A stretch of DNA of 37,072 nucleotides from an uncultured Fidelibacterota bacterium (GTDB lineage Bacteria > Fidelibacterota > Fidelibacteria > Fidelibacterales > Fidelibacteraceae): assembly GCA_937862595.1 (NCBI GenBank), contig CALMFL010000159.1, positions 1 through 37,072 on the forward strand, given 5' to 3'. The stretch's first letter is position 1. Every line of letters begins with the position of its first letter. Shown one piece after another: positions 17,352 to 26,799 of the stretch. The notes below the pieces were generated by a model. The model saw nothing but the letters and a program-made list of their open reading frames with translations, did no database searches and was not told where the DNA came from. The translations under genes and the position numbers were made by a program.

Positions 17352-19721
17352 ATGGGACGATTCCGTACATTTCTTATCTGCATGACGGCGTTCTGCTGTC
17401 TCCGGGCGCAATGCCGCTTCAGCGAATTCCTGATCGATCCCTCCGATGACAATACCGGCGAATTCATCGAGGTGTACAATGCCGGTGACGCCGCGCTGCT
17501 CTTGTCCCGTTTCTTTCTCGCCGATGCGCAGGATACGGACCGCATATGTCCCTTCCCGGACTCCCTGCTCCTTCCCGGGCATTACGGCCTTCTTCTGGAT
17601 CCGAACTATGCCGGCGAATACGAAGCGCTCATTCCCGATTCGGTTCCGCGATTTACCATCGACGACGCCCGCTTCGGCATGTACGGTCTTTCGAACAGCA
17701 CGCCCAAGCCCTTCGCCCTGCTCGATGAGGACCGGCAGGTCTGCGACCTTTATGTTACGGGATCCCCCGCTTTCCCCAAAGCCGGCTACAGCATCGAACG
17801 CTACAGTCCCGACGATACGCTCTGGCAGGCATCCATTATCATGAACGGGACGCCCGGCTACCGGAACTCCACCGCTCAAAAACCACAACAGCTGGAAATT
17901 TCATCCCTTGCGGTGACGGCCGGAACTGACCGGATCACCCTTGACATCACGGTACGCAATACCGGCTCTGCGTCCTGCGGGCATTTTACTATTGGATATA
18001 TTATGGATATAAGTGCGCGGGACCCGGCGGTGAACCGGACCGGCGAACTGGACTGCGATTCGCTTGTCCTTGCCGGGGATTCCTGCAGCATCCGCTTTCT
18101 TCTGCCGGTCTCCTGCCTGGGCGGCGGCCGCATCCTTACATACCTGTCCGCCGAACCCGATATCTGCGACACCCTGGTCGTCCCCTGCGAGATACCCGTC
18201 CCTGAGGGCGGGATCATGATCACCGAATTCGTCTGCAAGACCGGGAATCGTTTCAGCACCGAATATATCGAGTTTTTTTCACGCGCGTTGCTTCCCGTTC
18301 AGATGCGCGGACTGCGGATCGCGGACATGACCGGTGAGATCTCTCTCAACAGCGACTATGTTCTGATGCCGGATTCCTTTGCCGTGGCGGCGCAGTCCGC
18401 GGCTTTTCACGATGACTTTCCTTTTGTGAATAATGTGATCTACCCCGCGGCCTGGCGCGGTCTGAACAACGGTGAGGACATCATCCGTCTTTCGGGCCCC
18501 TCCGGCCCGCACATATGCGATCTCCGCTATGACAGCACCTGGGATATTCCCGATGACTGCGCCATGCTGCTGGTAGACACTGCGCTTGACATGAAGCTTG
18601 CCGCGAACTGGGAGTATTCTTTCGCGGGCTCACCCGGCAGGATGAACCGCACCCGGCGCCGCATGCATCATCTCCGATGTCTTGAGGAAAGCGCATTCCT
18701 TCCCGCATCGGACACGCTTTGCCTTCATTTCATCAACGACGGCTATGCTGCCCTGGAAGACCAACTGCTTTTCTTATCAACGGCTGCAGGCTCACACACC
18801 TTTCCGCTTCCTCCGTCCTTTCCCGGTGATACGCTGCGATGCTTTCCCGATACGTCGGTCCTTTTTGTTCCGGGCACCCATACCTGTGCCTTCGCTACCG
18901 CGGATACCTCTGTCTGTTCCGGCCGGTTCCGCTATTATTCACCCTATGAACCTGCCGCTCCGCCCCTGCTTTTCAACGAGGTGATGGCGGATCCTTCCGG
19001 CACCTACGGACAAGCCGAGTTTATTGAGCTTTACGGCGTATTGCCGCTCTGCGATCTGGAGAACTGGACGCTGGGAGTGAACAGCGCACGGCTGACCTTG
19101 TCGGGCAGTGCCGGGCCGGGCTTTACGGTGATCTGTGACGCGGACGATCCCGTCCTTCAGGCGCCGCTGAGCCGCCGCCTGTCCTTCGCTTCCTTTCCCG
19201 CCCTGCCGAACGGCGGCGCGCTTCTGGTTCTGTACGATCCCCGGGGACGGGTAATGGACCGTTTCGATCTTCGCGACCATCCGGAACTTGAACCCGGCCG
19301 GAGCCTGGAAAAACAGGCCGAAACGCTTCCCTCGGACGATCCCGCCCTTTGGCTGGCAAGCGTGGCGGAAGGCGGTATGAGCCCCGGTGCGCGGAACAGC
19401 GTCACGCCCCTGCCCGGACAGCGTTATGCCCTGTCCGTTTTTCCGGAGATCTTTCAGCCGGGAACGGATGCCGTCCTTCAGATCACCGTCGATTCGGAAA
19501 CGCCGCTGTCCTGCTGCGAGCTGTATTGCTTCAACGCCGGCGGTCAGACAGTCTTCAGAATAGAACGCTCCCTGTTCTCTCAGCCCTCCGCCCTGATCTT
19601 CTGGGACGGTAAAATGGAGAACGGGTCATATCCGGCGCGCGGACTTTACCTGCTCTGCGCGGTGCTGCACGATCCCGAGGGCGGGACCCTAACCCTGCGC
19701 AAAACATTTGCCATACGATAA
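17352..19721 (+). CDS. Secreted protein with two lamin-tail domains and a FlgD-Ig-like C-terminal domain (789 aa)
   Basis: Signal peptide MGRFRTFLICMTAFCCLRAQ. LTD 1 is FSEFLIDPSDDNTGEFIEVYNAGD; LTD 2 is LLFNEVMADPSGTYGQAEFIELYG. The C-terminus (IFWDGKMENGSYPARGLYLL) resembles the FlgD_ig-type beta-sandwich domains seen at the ends of surface proteins. Confidence 0.75.
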   Translation: MGRFRTFLICMTAFCCLRAQCRFSEFLIDPSDDNTGEFIEVYNAGDAALLLSRFFLADAQDTDRICPFPDSLLLPGHYGLLLDPNYAGEYEALIPDSVPRFTIDDARFGMYGLSNSTPKPFALLDEDRQVCDLYVTGSPAFPKAGYSIERYSPDDTLWQASIIMNGTPGYRNSTAQKPQQLEISSLAVTAGTDRITLDITVRNTGSASCGHFTIGYIMDISARDPAVNRTGELDCDSLVLAGDSCSIRFLLPVSCLGGGRILTYLSAEPDICDTLVVPCEIPVPEGGIMITEFVCKTGNRFSTEYIEFFSRALLPVQMRGLRIADMTGEISLNSDYVLMPDSFAVAAQSAAFHDDFPFVNNVIYPAAWRGLNNGEDIIRLSGPSGPHICDLRYDSTWDIPDDCAMLLVDTALDMKLAANWEYSFAGSPGRMNRTRRRMHHLRCLEESAFLPASDTLCLHFINDGYAALEDQLLFLSTAAGSHTFPLPPSFPGDTLRCFPDTSVLFVPGTHTCAFATADTSVCSGRFRYYSPYEPAAPPLLFNEVMADPSGTYGQAEFIELYGVLPLCDLENWTLGVNSARLTLSGSAGPGFTVICDADDPVLQAPLSRRLSFASFPALPNGGALLVLYDPRGRVMDRFDLRDHPELEPGRSLEKQAETLPSDDPALWLASVAEGGMSPGARNSVTPLPGQRYALSVFPEIFQPGTDAVLQITVDSETPLSCCELYCFNAGGQTVFRIERSLFSQPSALIFWDGKMENGSYPARGLYLLCAVLHDPEGGTLTLRKTFAIR

Positions 19722-19780
19722 TACCGTTGTAAATAACGTTAGCTTTTTTTAACTTTATTTCATTAAAAAAGGAACATACA

Positions 19781-20317
19781 ATGAAAAAGGTGTTGCTTCT
19801 GGCATTATCATTGATCATCATGGGGTGCGGTACGATGGAATTTGCGGATTTTTCCCGAAACATGAAAACGGCGGAGAATGTGGACCTCCAGAAGTACCTG
19901 GGGACCTGGTATGAATACGCCCGCCTTGAAGTCAGCTTTGAAAAGGGCATGACCAAAACGACTGCCAATTACACGCTTCTTGAGCCGGACAGGCAGGGCC
20001 GCACGCGCGTGCAGGTCCTGAATTCCGGCATCAAACCCGGGGGAAAGTTCACGCAGGCCAGAGGCAAAGCCCTTTTGCCGGACCCTTCGGAACCCGGCAG
20101 GCTCAAGGTCTCGTTTTTCGGACCCTTTTATGGCGATTACAATATGATCGCTCTGGATGAGGTCAACTACCAGTGGGTGCTCGTTGCGGGCAGTTCTACG
20201 AAATACCTGTGGTTCCTCTCGCGTACGCCGCAGATGGACCCGGACGTTTTCGCTCGCCTTAAAGGCATCGCCGAAGGGTACGGCTACGACACCTCGGCGC
20301 TGATCTTCCCGCAATAA
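19781..20317 (+). CDS. blc: Bacterial lipocalin (outer-membrane lipoprotein Blc)
   Basis: Lipobox LSLIIMGC, the lipocalin SCR1 motif YLGTWYEYAR, and a length of 178 aa. Confidence 0.85.
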   Translation: MKKVLLLALSLIIMGCGTMEFADFSRNMKTAENVDLQKYLGTWYEYARLEVSFEKGMTKTTANYTLLEPDRQGRTRVQVLNSGIKPGGKFTQARGKALLPDPSEPGRLKVSFFGPFYGDYNMIALDEVNYQWVLVAGSSTKYLWFLSRTPQMDPDVFARLKGIAEGYGYDTSALIFPQ

Positions 20318-20422
20318 AGGGAAAGGGGCTGAGCTTGAGATTGGGATTGGGGAGGACTGTCTTTGCGTTCTCCGGCTGATCCGGATCGGTATTGATTTAA
20401 AATTCAACACCGCGCCCTCTTC

Positions 20423-20617
20423 ACGTCTCACGTCTTACGTCTTACGTTTTACGTCTCACGTTTTACGTCTTACCTGCCTCCGCCCCGAACGATCGGGGCT
20501 ACGGCATGGCACAGCGACCGGCCGGCGTCTTTCGTCTTACGTTTTACGACTTACGACTTACGACTTACCAGCCTGCGCCAAGGCTTCGGCCGGCAGGCGT
20601 CTTACGTCTCACGAAAA
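20423..20617. repeat. Nested tandem repeat: three same-orientation arrays of contiguous 7-bp iterons (ACGTYTY / ACGACTT), separated by two related GC-rich spacers
   Basis: Array A (20423..20471) has 7 units: ACGTCTC ACGTCTT ACGTCTT ACGTTTT ACGTCTC ACGTTTT ACGTCTT. Array B (20525..20566) has 6 units: GCGTCTT TCGTCTT ACGTTTT ACGACTT x3. Array C (20597..20617) has 3 units: GCGTCTT ACGTCTC ACGAAAA. Arrays A and B are both followed by ACC(T/A)GCCT(C/G)CGCC. Arrays B and C are both preceded by CCGGC(C/A)G. Confidence 0.9.
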
Positions 20618-20618
20618 A

Positions 20619-23600
20619 TCAGACCTGCCCGTGGCAATTCTTGTATTTCTTCCCGCTTCCGCAGGGGCAGGGATCGTTCCTGCCGACCTTGGGATGATCG
20701 CGCCTGATGGGTTCGGTCTTTCCCGCCTGGGGCACCCTGGGCTGCGGCGGCAGGGGAGCTTCCGGTCCGCCGCCCGCAAAACCCATGTTCTGGGATTGCG
20801 CCTGCTGCACCTGAATGGGCTGATGCATCGGCGGGCGCGGTTCTTCGCGGAGCTGTATCTCGGTCCGGTAAAGAAGCCGGAGCGTTGTTTTATTGATCAG
20901 GCTCAGCAGGTTCCGGAAGGATTCGAAGGCTTCTGATTTATAGATCAGCAGCGGGTCCTTCTGCGCATAGGCCTGCAGGCCGACGCCTTCTTTGATCTGG
21001 TCGAGTTCATAAAGATGCTCTTTCCACAATCCGTCGATACTGTTCACATAGGCCCAGCGCTCGAAATCGCGCATGACTTCCGGGGGGAAGAGCGACAGTT
21101 TCCGCTGATAGGTTTCCTGCCCCTGTTTCAGAAAGTGCCCGATCAGTTCGTCGCGCGTGATGTTCTTGGTCTGCGAGGGAATGTCGCACATCAGCACGCT
21201 GAGCATCTCCTGCCGCAGCTCGTCCCATAGCCAGTTGTCGGGATTGCTGTCCGCGGTCTGTTCTTCCACGGTGCTGCGGACATATTCATCCAGCATGGTC
21301 TCGATCTCTTTCTGAAGATTGCCGCCCTCGAGCGCATAAGCCCGGCGGTCATAGATCACTTCCCGCTGCTGGTTCATAACATCATCGTATTCCAGAAGAT
21401 GTTTTCGGATCCCGAAGTTGCGCTCTTCAACGCGTTTCTGCGCCCGTTCGATCATTCGGGTCATCATGGGCATAGCGATCACTTCGTCATCCGGGATGGC
21501 GTCCAGCAGGGCGTTGCCCTTGAGGTTACCGAAAAGGCGCATCAGGTCGTCTTCCAGGGAGATGAAGAACACCGATTCCCCGGGATCGCCCTGTCGTCCG
21601 GAACGGCCGCGCAGCTGATTGTCGATACGCCGGGATTCGTGGCGTTCGGTCCCGATGATCTTCAGTCCGCCGCGTTCACGCACCTCGTCGGTGATCTTGA
21701 TGTCCGTCCCGCGCCCGGCCATGTTGGTCGCGATCGTCACGGCGCCCGGCTGACCGGCAAGAGAGACGATCTCGGCTTCCCGCTGGTGCTGCTTGGCGTT
21801 CAGAACGTTGTGGGGGATGCCGGCGCGTTTCAGGTTCTTGCTCAGCATTTCGGAGATCTCCACGCTGATGGTGCCGACCAGGACCGGCTGGCCTTTCTTG
21901 AAACAGGCGGCAATCTCGTTGACGATGGCCTGATGTTTCGCCTGGCGACTTTTATAGATCTGGTCGTCGTGATCGATGCGGACCACCGGCTGGTTGGTCG
22001 GGATGCTGATGACCTGAAGATTATAGATCTGTTCAAACTCGGACGCCTCGGTGGCGGCGGTCCCGGTCATGCCGGCGAGCTTGTCGTACATGCGGAAATA
22101 ATTCTGCAATGTGATGGTCGCAAGGGTCTGGTTCTCGCCTTCGATCCGGACGCGTTCCTTCGCTTCGATGGCCTGGTGCAGACCGTCGCTGTAGCGGCGG
22201 CCGGGCAGGATACGGCCGGTGAATTCGTCCACGATCAGGACCTTGCCGTCCTTGACGACATATTCCACGTCCTTCTCATACAGGGCATAGGCCCTCAGGA
22301 GCTGGGTGATGTTGTGGATCATCTCGCTCTTTTGCCCGTGCTTTTTCTGAATCTCGGCTTTTTCCCGGGTCTTTTCTTCCGCTGAAAGCGCGGGGTCGTC
22401 ATCGATGCGGACGAATTCCTCGCCGATATCGGGGATGACAAAATATTCCGGGTCTTCGGGATTCAGGACCTTGCGGCCTTCGTCGCTGATCACGATCGTA
22501 TGGCTTTTTTCATCGATCGCGTAGAGGAGCATATCGTCGACTTCGTGCAGGCGTTTTTCCTGCATGTAATAGTTTTCGGTGCGGAACAGTTTATCCTGGG
22601 TGTCCGCCTGCTGCATCAGCTTTAAAAAGCGGGGGTTTTTGGGCTCTCCGTGCTGGACCTGCAGGAGCATGGTCCCGAGCGCCAGTTCGTGTTCCTTGTC
22701 GTCCGGCGTGGCCGCGATCTCGTCAAGAAGGGTGTTGACTTTCATTTTCTGCGCCCGGACCAGGCGTTCGACCTGCGGGCGGAGGTTCTTATAGCGTTCA
22801 TGGGAGTTCGACTGTACGGGTCCGGAAATGATCAGCGGCGTCCTGGCCTCGTCAACAAGCACCGAGTCCACCTCATCAACGATAGCATAGTAATGGCCGC
22901 GCTGGACCATGTACTCGTGCCGGACCGCCATATTGTCGCGAAGATAGTCGAAGCCGAATTCATTGTTCGTCCCGTAGACAATGTCGCAGGCATATTCTTC
23001 TTTCCGGGCGTTCGGCGGCATGGAGTTCAGGATCTTCCCGACGCTCAGGCCGAGAAAGCGGTAGATCACGCCCATCCATTCTGCGTCGCGCTCCGCAAGA
23101 TAGTCGTTGACGGTCACCACGTGAACGCCGCGCTTTGTCAGCGCATTCAAAAATATCGGCATGGTGGCGACAAGGGTCTTTCCTTCACCGGTCTTCATTT
23201 CCGCGATATTTCCCTGGTGCAGCACGTCGGCACCGAGGATCTGCACGTCAAAGGGGACCATGTTCCAGACAAGGTCGTGCCCGACGACGTGTACGTTTGT
23301 CCCGACCAGGCGCTTGCAGACCTGTTTCACCATTCCGAAGGCTTCGGTTTTCAGTTCGTTCAAGGCCGCCTGTTCCGCCTCAAAGATGGCGGCGTCCACG
23401 GCCTCGGGTGCCGTATTGCCGGCTTCCGCTTCGGCTTTTGCCGCCTCGCGCCGCTGTGCGACCTGCGCGATCATTTCCTGCGTGCGCTTTCTCAGGTCAT
23501 CGTCGCTCATCGCATTCATGGATTCGCAGGCGGCGTTGACTTCCGCTACGATCCCGGTAACCTTTTTCAAATAGCGGTCGGAGGATGTCCCGAATAACTT

Positions 23601-23624
23601 TATCAGCAATTTGTCGAATATCAT
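20619..23624 (-). CDS. secA: Preprotein translocase ATPase SecA
   Basis: DEAD-motor motifs are present ([42 protein letters not shown]) with the C-terminal zinc-binding tail [14 protein letters not shown]. Length is 1001 aa. Confidence 0.97.
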   Translation of the reverse strand: MIFDKLLIKLFGTSSDRYLKKVTGIVAEVNAACESMNAMSDDDLRKRTQEMIAQVAQRREAAKAEAEAGNTAPEAVDAAIFEAEQAALNELKTEAFGMVKQVCKRLVGTNVHVVGHDLVWNMVPFDVQILGADVLHQGNIAEMKTGEGKTLVATMPIFLNALTKRGVHVVTVNDYLAERDAEWMGVIYRFLGLSVGKILNSMPPNARKEEYACDIVYGTNNEFGFDYLRDNMAVRHEYMVQRGHYYAIVDEVDSVLVDEARTPLIISGPVQSNSHERYKNLRPQVERLVRAQKMKVNTLLDEIAATPDDKEHELALGTMLLQVQHGEPKNPRFLKLMQQADTQDKLFRTENYYMQEKRLHEVDDMLLYAIDEKSHTIVISDEGRKVLNPEDPEYFVIPDIGEEFVRIDDDPALSAEEKTREKAEIQKKHGQKSEMIHNITQLLRAYALYEKDVEYVVKDGKVLIVDEFTGRILPGRRYSDGLHQAIEAKERVRIEGENQTLATITLQNYFRMYDKLAGMTGTAATEASEFEQIYNLQVISIPTNQPVVRIDHDDQIYKSRQAKHQAIVNEIAACFKKGQPVLVGTISVEISEMLSKNLKRAGIPHNVLNAKQHQREAEIVSLAGQPGAVTIATNMAGRGTDIKITDEVRERGGLKIIGTERHESRRIDNQLRGRSGRQGDPGESVFFISLEDDLMRLFGNLKGNALLDAIPDDEVIAMPMMTRMIERAQKRVEERNFGIRKHLLEYDDVMNQQREVIYDRRAYALEGGNLQKEIETMLDEYVRSTVEEQTADSNPDNWLWDELRQEMLSVLMCDIPSQTKNITRDELIGHFLKQGQETYQRKLSLFPPEVMRDFERWAYVNSIDGLWKEHLYELDQIKEGVGLQAYAQKDPLLIYKSEAFESFRNLLSLINKTTLRLLYRTEIQLREEPRPPMHQPIQVQQAQSQNMGFAGGGPEAPLPPQPRVPQAGKTEPIRRDHPKVGRNDPCPCGSGKKYKNCHGQV

Positions 23625-23631
23625 ACCTGTC

Positions 23632-24087
23632 CTATCCCTCTTTCACGGGTTTAATGTCCGGCTGCAGGATCCCTTCTTCGACCAGGTCCTTATAGATCCG
23701 GTCAAGCATCCCGTTCACGAACACGTGGCTTTCTTCGGTCGAGAAATCCTTGGCCAGTTCGATGGCCTCGGAAATGGTCACCCGGGGCGGTACGTCCTCA
23801 ATGAACATCATCTCCGCGATCGACTGGCGGAGAATGATCTTGTCCATCAGGGTGATGCGTGAAAAGTCCCAGTTCTTCGAACGCCGTATAATGCGTTCGT
23901 CCAAATGGTCGAGCTCGCTGACGGTCTTGTAGATCAGGGTGCGGAAAAAAGGCTCGTCAAATTCGGGCTCTTCGTTCAGCGACATGCTCCGCTGTATCAC
24001 GTTCTCCAGGGTTTCGTCGCCCTGCTGCAAATATGCATACAAAAGCTGAATGCTTAACATCCGGGCGTTTCGACGTAGTTTTTTCAT
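23632..24087 (-). CDS. nusB: Transcription antitermination factor NusB
   Basis: A 151-aa protein with [15 protein letters not shown]... and the C-terminal FVNGMLDRI motif typical of NusB. It lies 7 nt upstream of secA. Confidence 0.85.
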   Translation of the reverse strand: MKKLRRNARMLSIQLLYAYLQQGDETLENVIQRSMSLNEEPEFDEPFFRTLIYKTVSELDHLDERIIRRSKNWDFSRITLMDKIILRQSIAEMMFIEDVPPRVTISEAIELAKDFSTEESHVFVNGMLDRIYKDLVEEGILQPDIKPVKEG

Positions 24088-24327
24088 ATATGATCAGTCC
24101 TTTGAATAGTATCGAAGAAAAAAAGGCTCATTTTCAATAGCAGTCTCATAGCCCATTAATATACTATTATTTGTAAGGGAAGTAAAACCCAATTATCAGG
24201 AAAATTTATCTGCTGACTTGCCGTTTTATCGCGTTTTTTTGCTGCGTTTAACGAATTAATGTTTTTCTTTGTCTTTATCATTTTTATATTGGCCTTACGG
24301 TTCTAACGCAAACGCAGGGGATGCCTT

Positions 24328-25908
24328 ATGAATAAGTATAAGCTGCTCGTCCTTTTTGTTTTCTCCGCCCTAAGCCTGACTGCTCAAAACGAAATATTTG
24401 ACCCCGAGGCTTACTGCTCCGGATACGCCATCATGGAGTATCTCGGCGAACGGAATATTTATGAGGATATCTTCCGGGATCCCGACCGTCCAAATGCGGA
24501 CAAGGCCATTGCCGCCGCATGGGAAGCCTTCAACGGCGCCTTTTCTTTGGAGAACCTGCCTCACGGTCTGATCTCCGAGATCTTTGAACCTGCCGCCCTG
24601 GAAAATGTCAACAGCATGATGAGCAAGGTCGGCAACAGCCTGGCCCTTATCCAGATCGCTTCGGACTATGCCAAAGGTGAGCGATTGAGCGCCGTAAGCA
24701 ACAGCACAAAAACGAGCATGTTCTATGCCATCGGGAAATGGGGCTGGAAGTCGCTGAAGATCGCCGGCGCCGGACTGCAGGTGTTTGACTATATGCTGAC
24801 CTCGTTCGGCCAGTATGCCGTCGGCGCACGGCAGGCCGCCCTTGCGGAAGCCTACAATAAGTACTACCTCAGCGGCAGGGGGAAGCGCAATCTTACCGAA
24901 TGGAAGGCGGTCATTGAAAAGTTGGACGACGAAAAAGCCATCCGGGAAGCGATCGACGGTTATCTGAACCTGTATTTCGAAGCCGATGCCCTCGACAAGG
25001 AAATATCGGGAGGATGGTACACGGACAAGGAGGTGGCCGACGTTAAAAAGGAATTTTTGCACGTGTACCTTCTACCCTATCTTGAACCGCTGTTCAACAA
25101 GCTGGAGGAGGACGCCCGGGAAGAGCAGATCCGTTATATTTGCGGTCAGTACCGCAAATTGATCGGGGAATTCAATTCAAAAAAATATTACCGCTTCTAT
25201 GTCAAGGCGGCTCCGGAGCAATTGACGGCCTGCACTGTCGGTGTCGAGATCATAACCGACGAGGGCCAAAAGCTGTTTGTCAAGGGACCCGTGAGCGAGG
25301 ACGGTTTCGGAGAACTGTCGTTCACTCAGTATTCATTGATCGTGAACAATGCGGAAGATCTGCGGGCGGTCCTTCGTTATTATTCCCCGCGCGGACCGGA
25401 AATGTTCTATGAGGATCTTGACCTCAGAAAGAACCATACCGATATCCGCTTCACGCTGCCCGAAGAAGCCGAAGAAAGCGAAGAGGAAAAACCGGACGCC
25501 GAAACACAGGTCAGCGAAACGCACCATAATACCGGGACACAGGAAAAACAAGCTTCGCAGCAGGCTCCGAAACAAGAACCGTTCCGGCTTGACCTTGAGC
25601 AAACCATGAACGCCGTTTTCACGACGAACGGCCTTCCGCTTCAAGTGACGATCCGGCGGCTCAATGAAACATCCGCACTGTACACTGCCACCCTCGACCA
25701 TAAAAAACTGCCGAAGGACAACAGGCTGACCATTGACAAAACAAGCGGCCATATGCGTTTTGTCTATAAGCTGAAGGGGCCCTTCGCTCCCGAGCTGGTA
25801 TGTGAGGGTTTTCCGGTCGCGCCCAATACGTATTCGGGCCCCATTCTTACCCATGACGGCAATGCGGTCAATGTCGGCGTGTTTACGCTGATCCTGGCCG
25901 GTAAATAG
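24328..25908 (+). CDS. Hypothetical secreted protein (526 aa) with an acidic/polar low-complexity linker
   Basis: Signal peptide MNKYKLLVLFVFSALSLTAQ. The linker is EEAEESEEEKPDAETQVSETHHNTGTQEKQASQQAPKQEP. I recognise no family. Confidence 0.7.
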   Translation: MNKYKLLVLFVFSALSLTAQNEIFDPEAYCSGYAIMEYLGERNIYEDIFRDPDRPNADKAIAAAWEAFNGAFSLENLPHGLISEIFEPAALENVNSMMSKVGNSLALIQIASDYAKGERLSAVSNSTKTSMFYAIGKWGWKSLKIAGAGLQVFDYMLTSFGQYAVGARQAALAEAYNKYYLSGRGKRNLTEWKAVIEKLDDEKAIREAIDGYLNLYFEADALDKEISGGWYTDKEVADVKKEFLHVYLLPYLEPLFNKLEEDAREEQIRYICGQYRKLIGEFNSKKYYRFYVKAAPEQLTACTVGVEIITDEGQKLFVKGPVSEDGFGELSFTQYSLIVNNAEDLRAVLRYYSPRGPEMFYEDLDLRKNHTDIRFTLPEEAEESEEEKPDAETQVSETHHNTGTQEKQASQQAPKQEPFRLDLEQTMNAVFTTNGLPLQVTIRRLNETSALYTATLDHKKLPKDNRLTIDKTSGHMRFVYKLKGPFAPELVCEGFPVAPNTYSGPILTHDGNAVNVGVFTLILAGK

Positions 25909-25914
25909 TGTTAT

Positions 25915-26796
25915 ATGAGACGTGCGATACTGCTTCTGCTTTTGACGGCTTGCCTGTCCGGGAGATCTCCGGGAGAGTTCTTTGACGATTTCAGTTATAC
26001 CGGAGCGGACGATCCCCTGCTGGGTCCGCACGGCTGGCGGATCGTTGAGGGCATCAATGCGCCGCCGGCCGGTGCCGTTTATTCGCGGGACCTTGTCCGT
26101 TTCGCACAGGCCCAGCCGGGTTCGGGGAACAGGATCATGATCCTTGGGGCAAGGACCGACGGACAGATCGGGAACGTTGAGCTCAGCCGGATAGAAAATC
26201 GTCCCGTTTTCCGCGAGGGCACCTATGCCGCGCAGCTGTTCTTCGATCACACGCTTCGCAGAACGCTGGATGGCAATGTCCAGACCTTTTATCTCATTTC
26301 ACCCGTTTGTTCCGGGAACGATTCCCTATATTCCGAATGTGACGCCGAGTATTTGCCCTACGACGTCTGGTCGGGACCGGCGTCCCGGCAAAGCGCCCTT
26401 TATGTTACGACCTGGGAGGTATTCCGGGAGAGACCCTTTAAAGAGGACAAGGTCTCGACCCTGCTGCCGATGCCCTTATCGGGCTGGCACATCCTGATCA
26501 TCCGGATCGCCGGCGGAAGGGTCGCTTATTATCTTGATAAGTCCGCGGAACCTTCTGCCGTTCACGAATTTTCCCGGGCGGGATCCACGGTATATCCGGA
26601 GTCTTTCATGCATCTGAATTTTGCGAACTGGCTGACGTCCACCTCCCCGGACTTCACCTGGCGGCGTGAAAGTTCTTTCAAGGTCGACTGGGTCTATCAT
26701 GCCGCAGATACGGTCCTGGCGTATTCAGAGATCATGAAGCGGGTCGATTCGCTGCGTGCGAATTCACTGTATTATACGAACGATCTGCACAGATAA
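25915..26796 (+). CDS. Secreted concanavalin-A-like / GH16-like beta-jelly-roll protein (293 aa)
   Basis: Signal peptide or lipobox MRRAILLLLLTAC. FFDDFSY...GW, GTYAAQLFF, QTFYLIS and SECDAEY (an ExDxE pattern) occur in the order expected for GH16-type glucanases, followed by WHILIIRIAGGRVAYYLD. It starts 6 nt after the upstream gene. Confidence 0.5.
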   Translation: MRRAILLLLLTACLSGRSPGEFFDDFSYTGADDPLLGPHGWRIVEGINAPPAGAVYSRDLVRFAQAQPGSGNRIMILGARTDGQIGNVELSRIENRPVFREGTYAAQLFFDHTLRRTLDGNVQTFYLISPVCSGNDSLYSECDAEYLPYDVWSGPASRQSALYVTTWEVFRERPFKEDKVSTLLPMPLSGWHILIIRIAGGRVAYYLDKSAEPSAVHEFSRAGSTVYPESFMHLNFANWLTSTSPDFTWRRESSFKVDWVYHAADTVLAYSEIMKRVDSLRANSLYYTNDLHR

Positions 26797-26799
26797 TTT

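Noticed and set aside
17286-17888. 200-aa minus-strand ORF
   Set aside because: It is antisense to the N-terminal LTD of the 17352..19721 gene and has no motifs.
20423-20617. Possible CRISPR array in the repeat-rich blc/secA spacer
   Set aside because: The repeat unit is only 7 bp and the units are contiguous. There are no 25-40 bp repeats alternating with unique spacers, and there are no cas genes in the window.
20506-20697. 63-aa ORF spanning the heptamer arrays
   Set aside because: Its sequence (RLTFYDLRLTTYQP...) simply translates the 7-bp repeat. It has no RBS and overlaps the secA 3' end antisense.
21399-23597. 328-aa and 315-aa plus-strand ORFs (21399..22385 and 22650..23597)
   Set aside because: Both are antisense shadow ORFs inside secA, have no recognisable motifs, and show biased His/Gly/Asp/Val composition.
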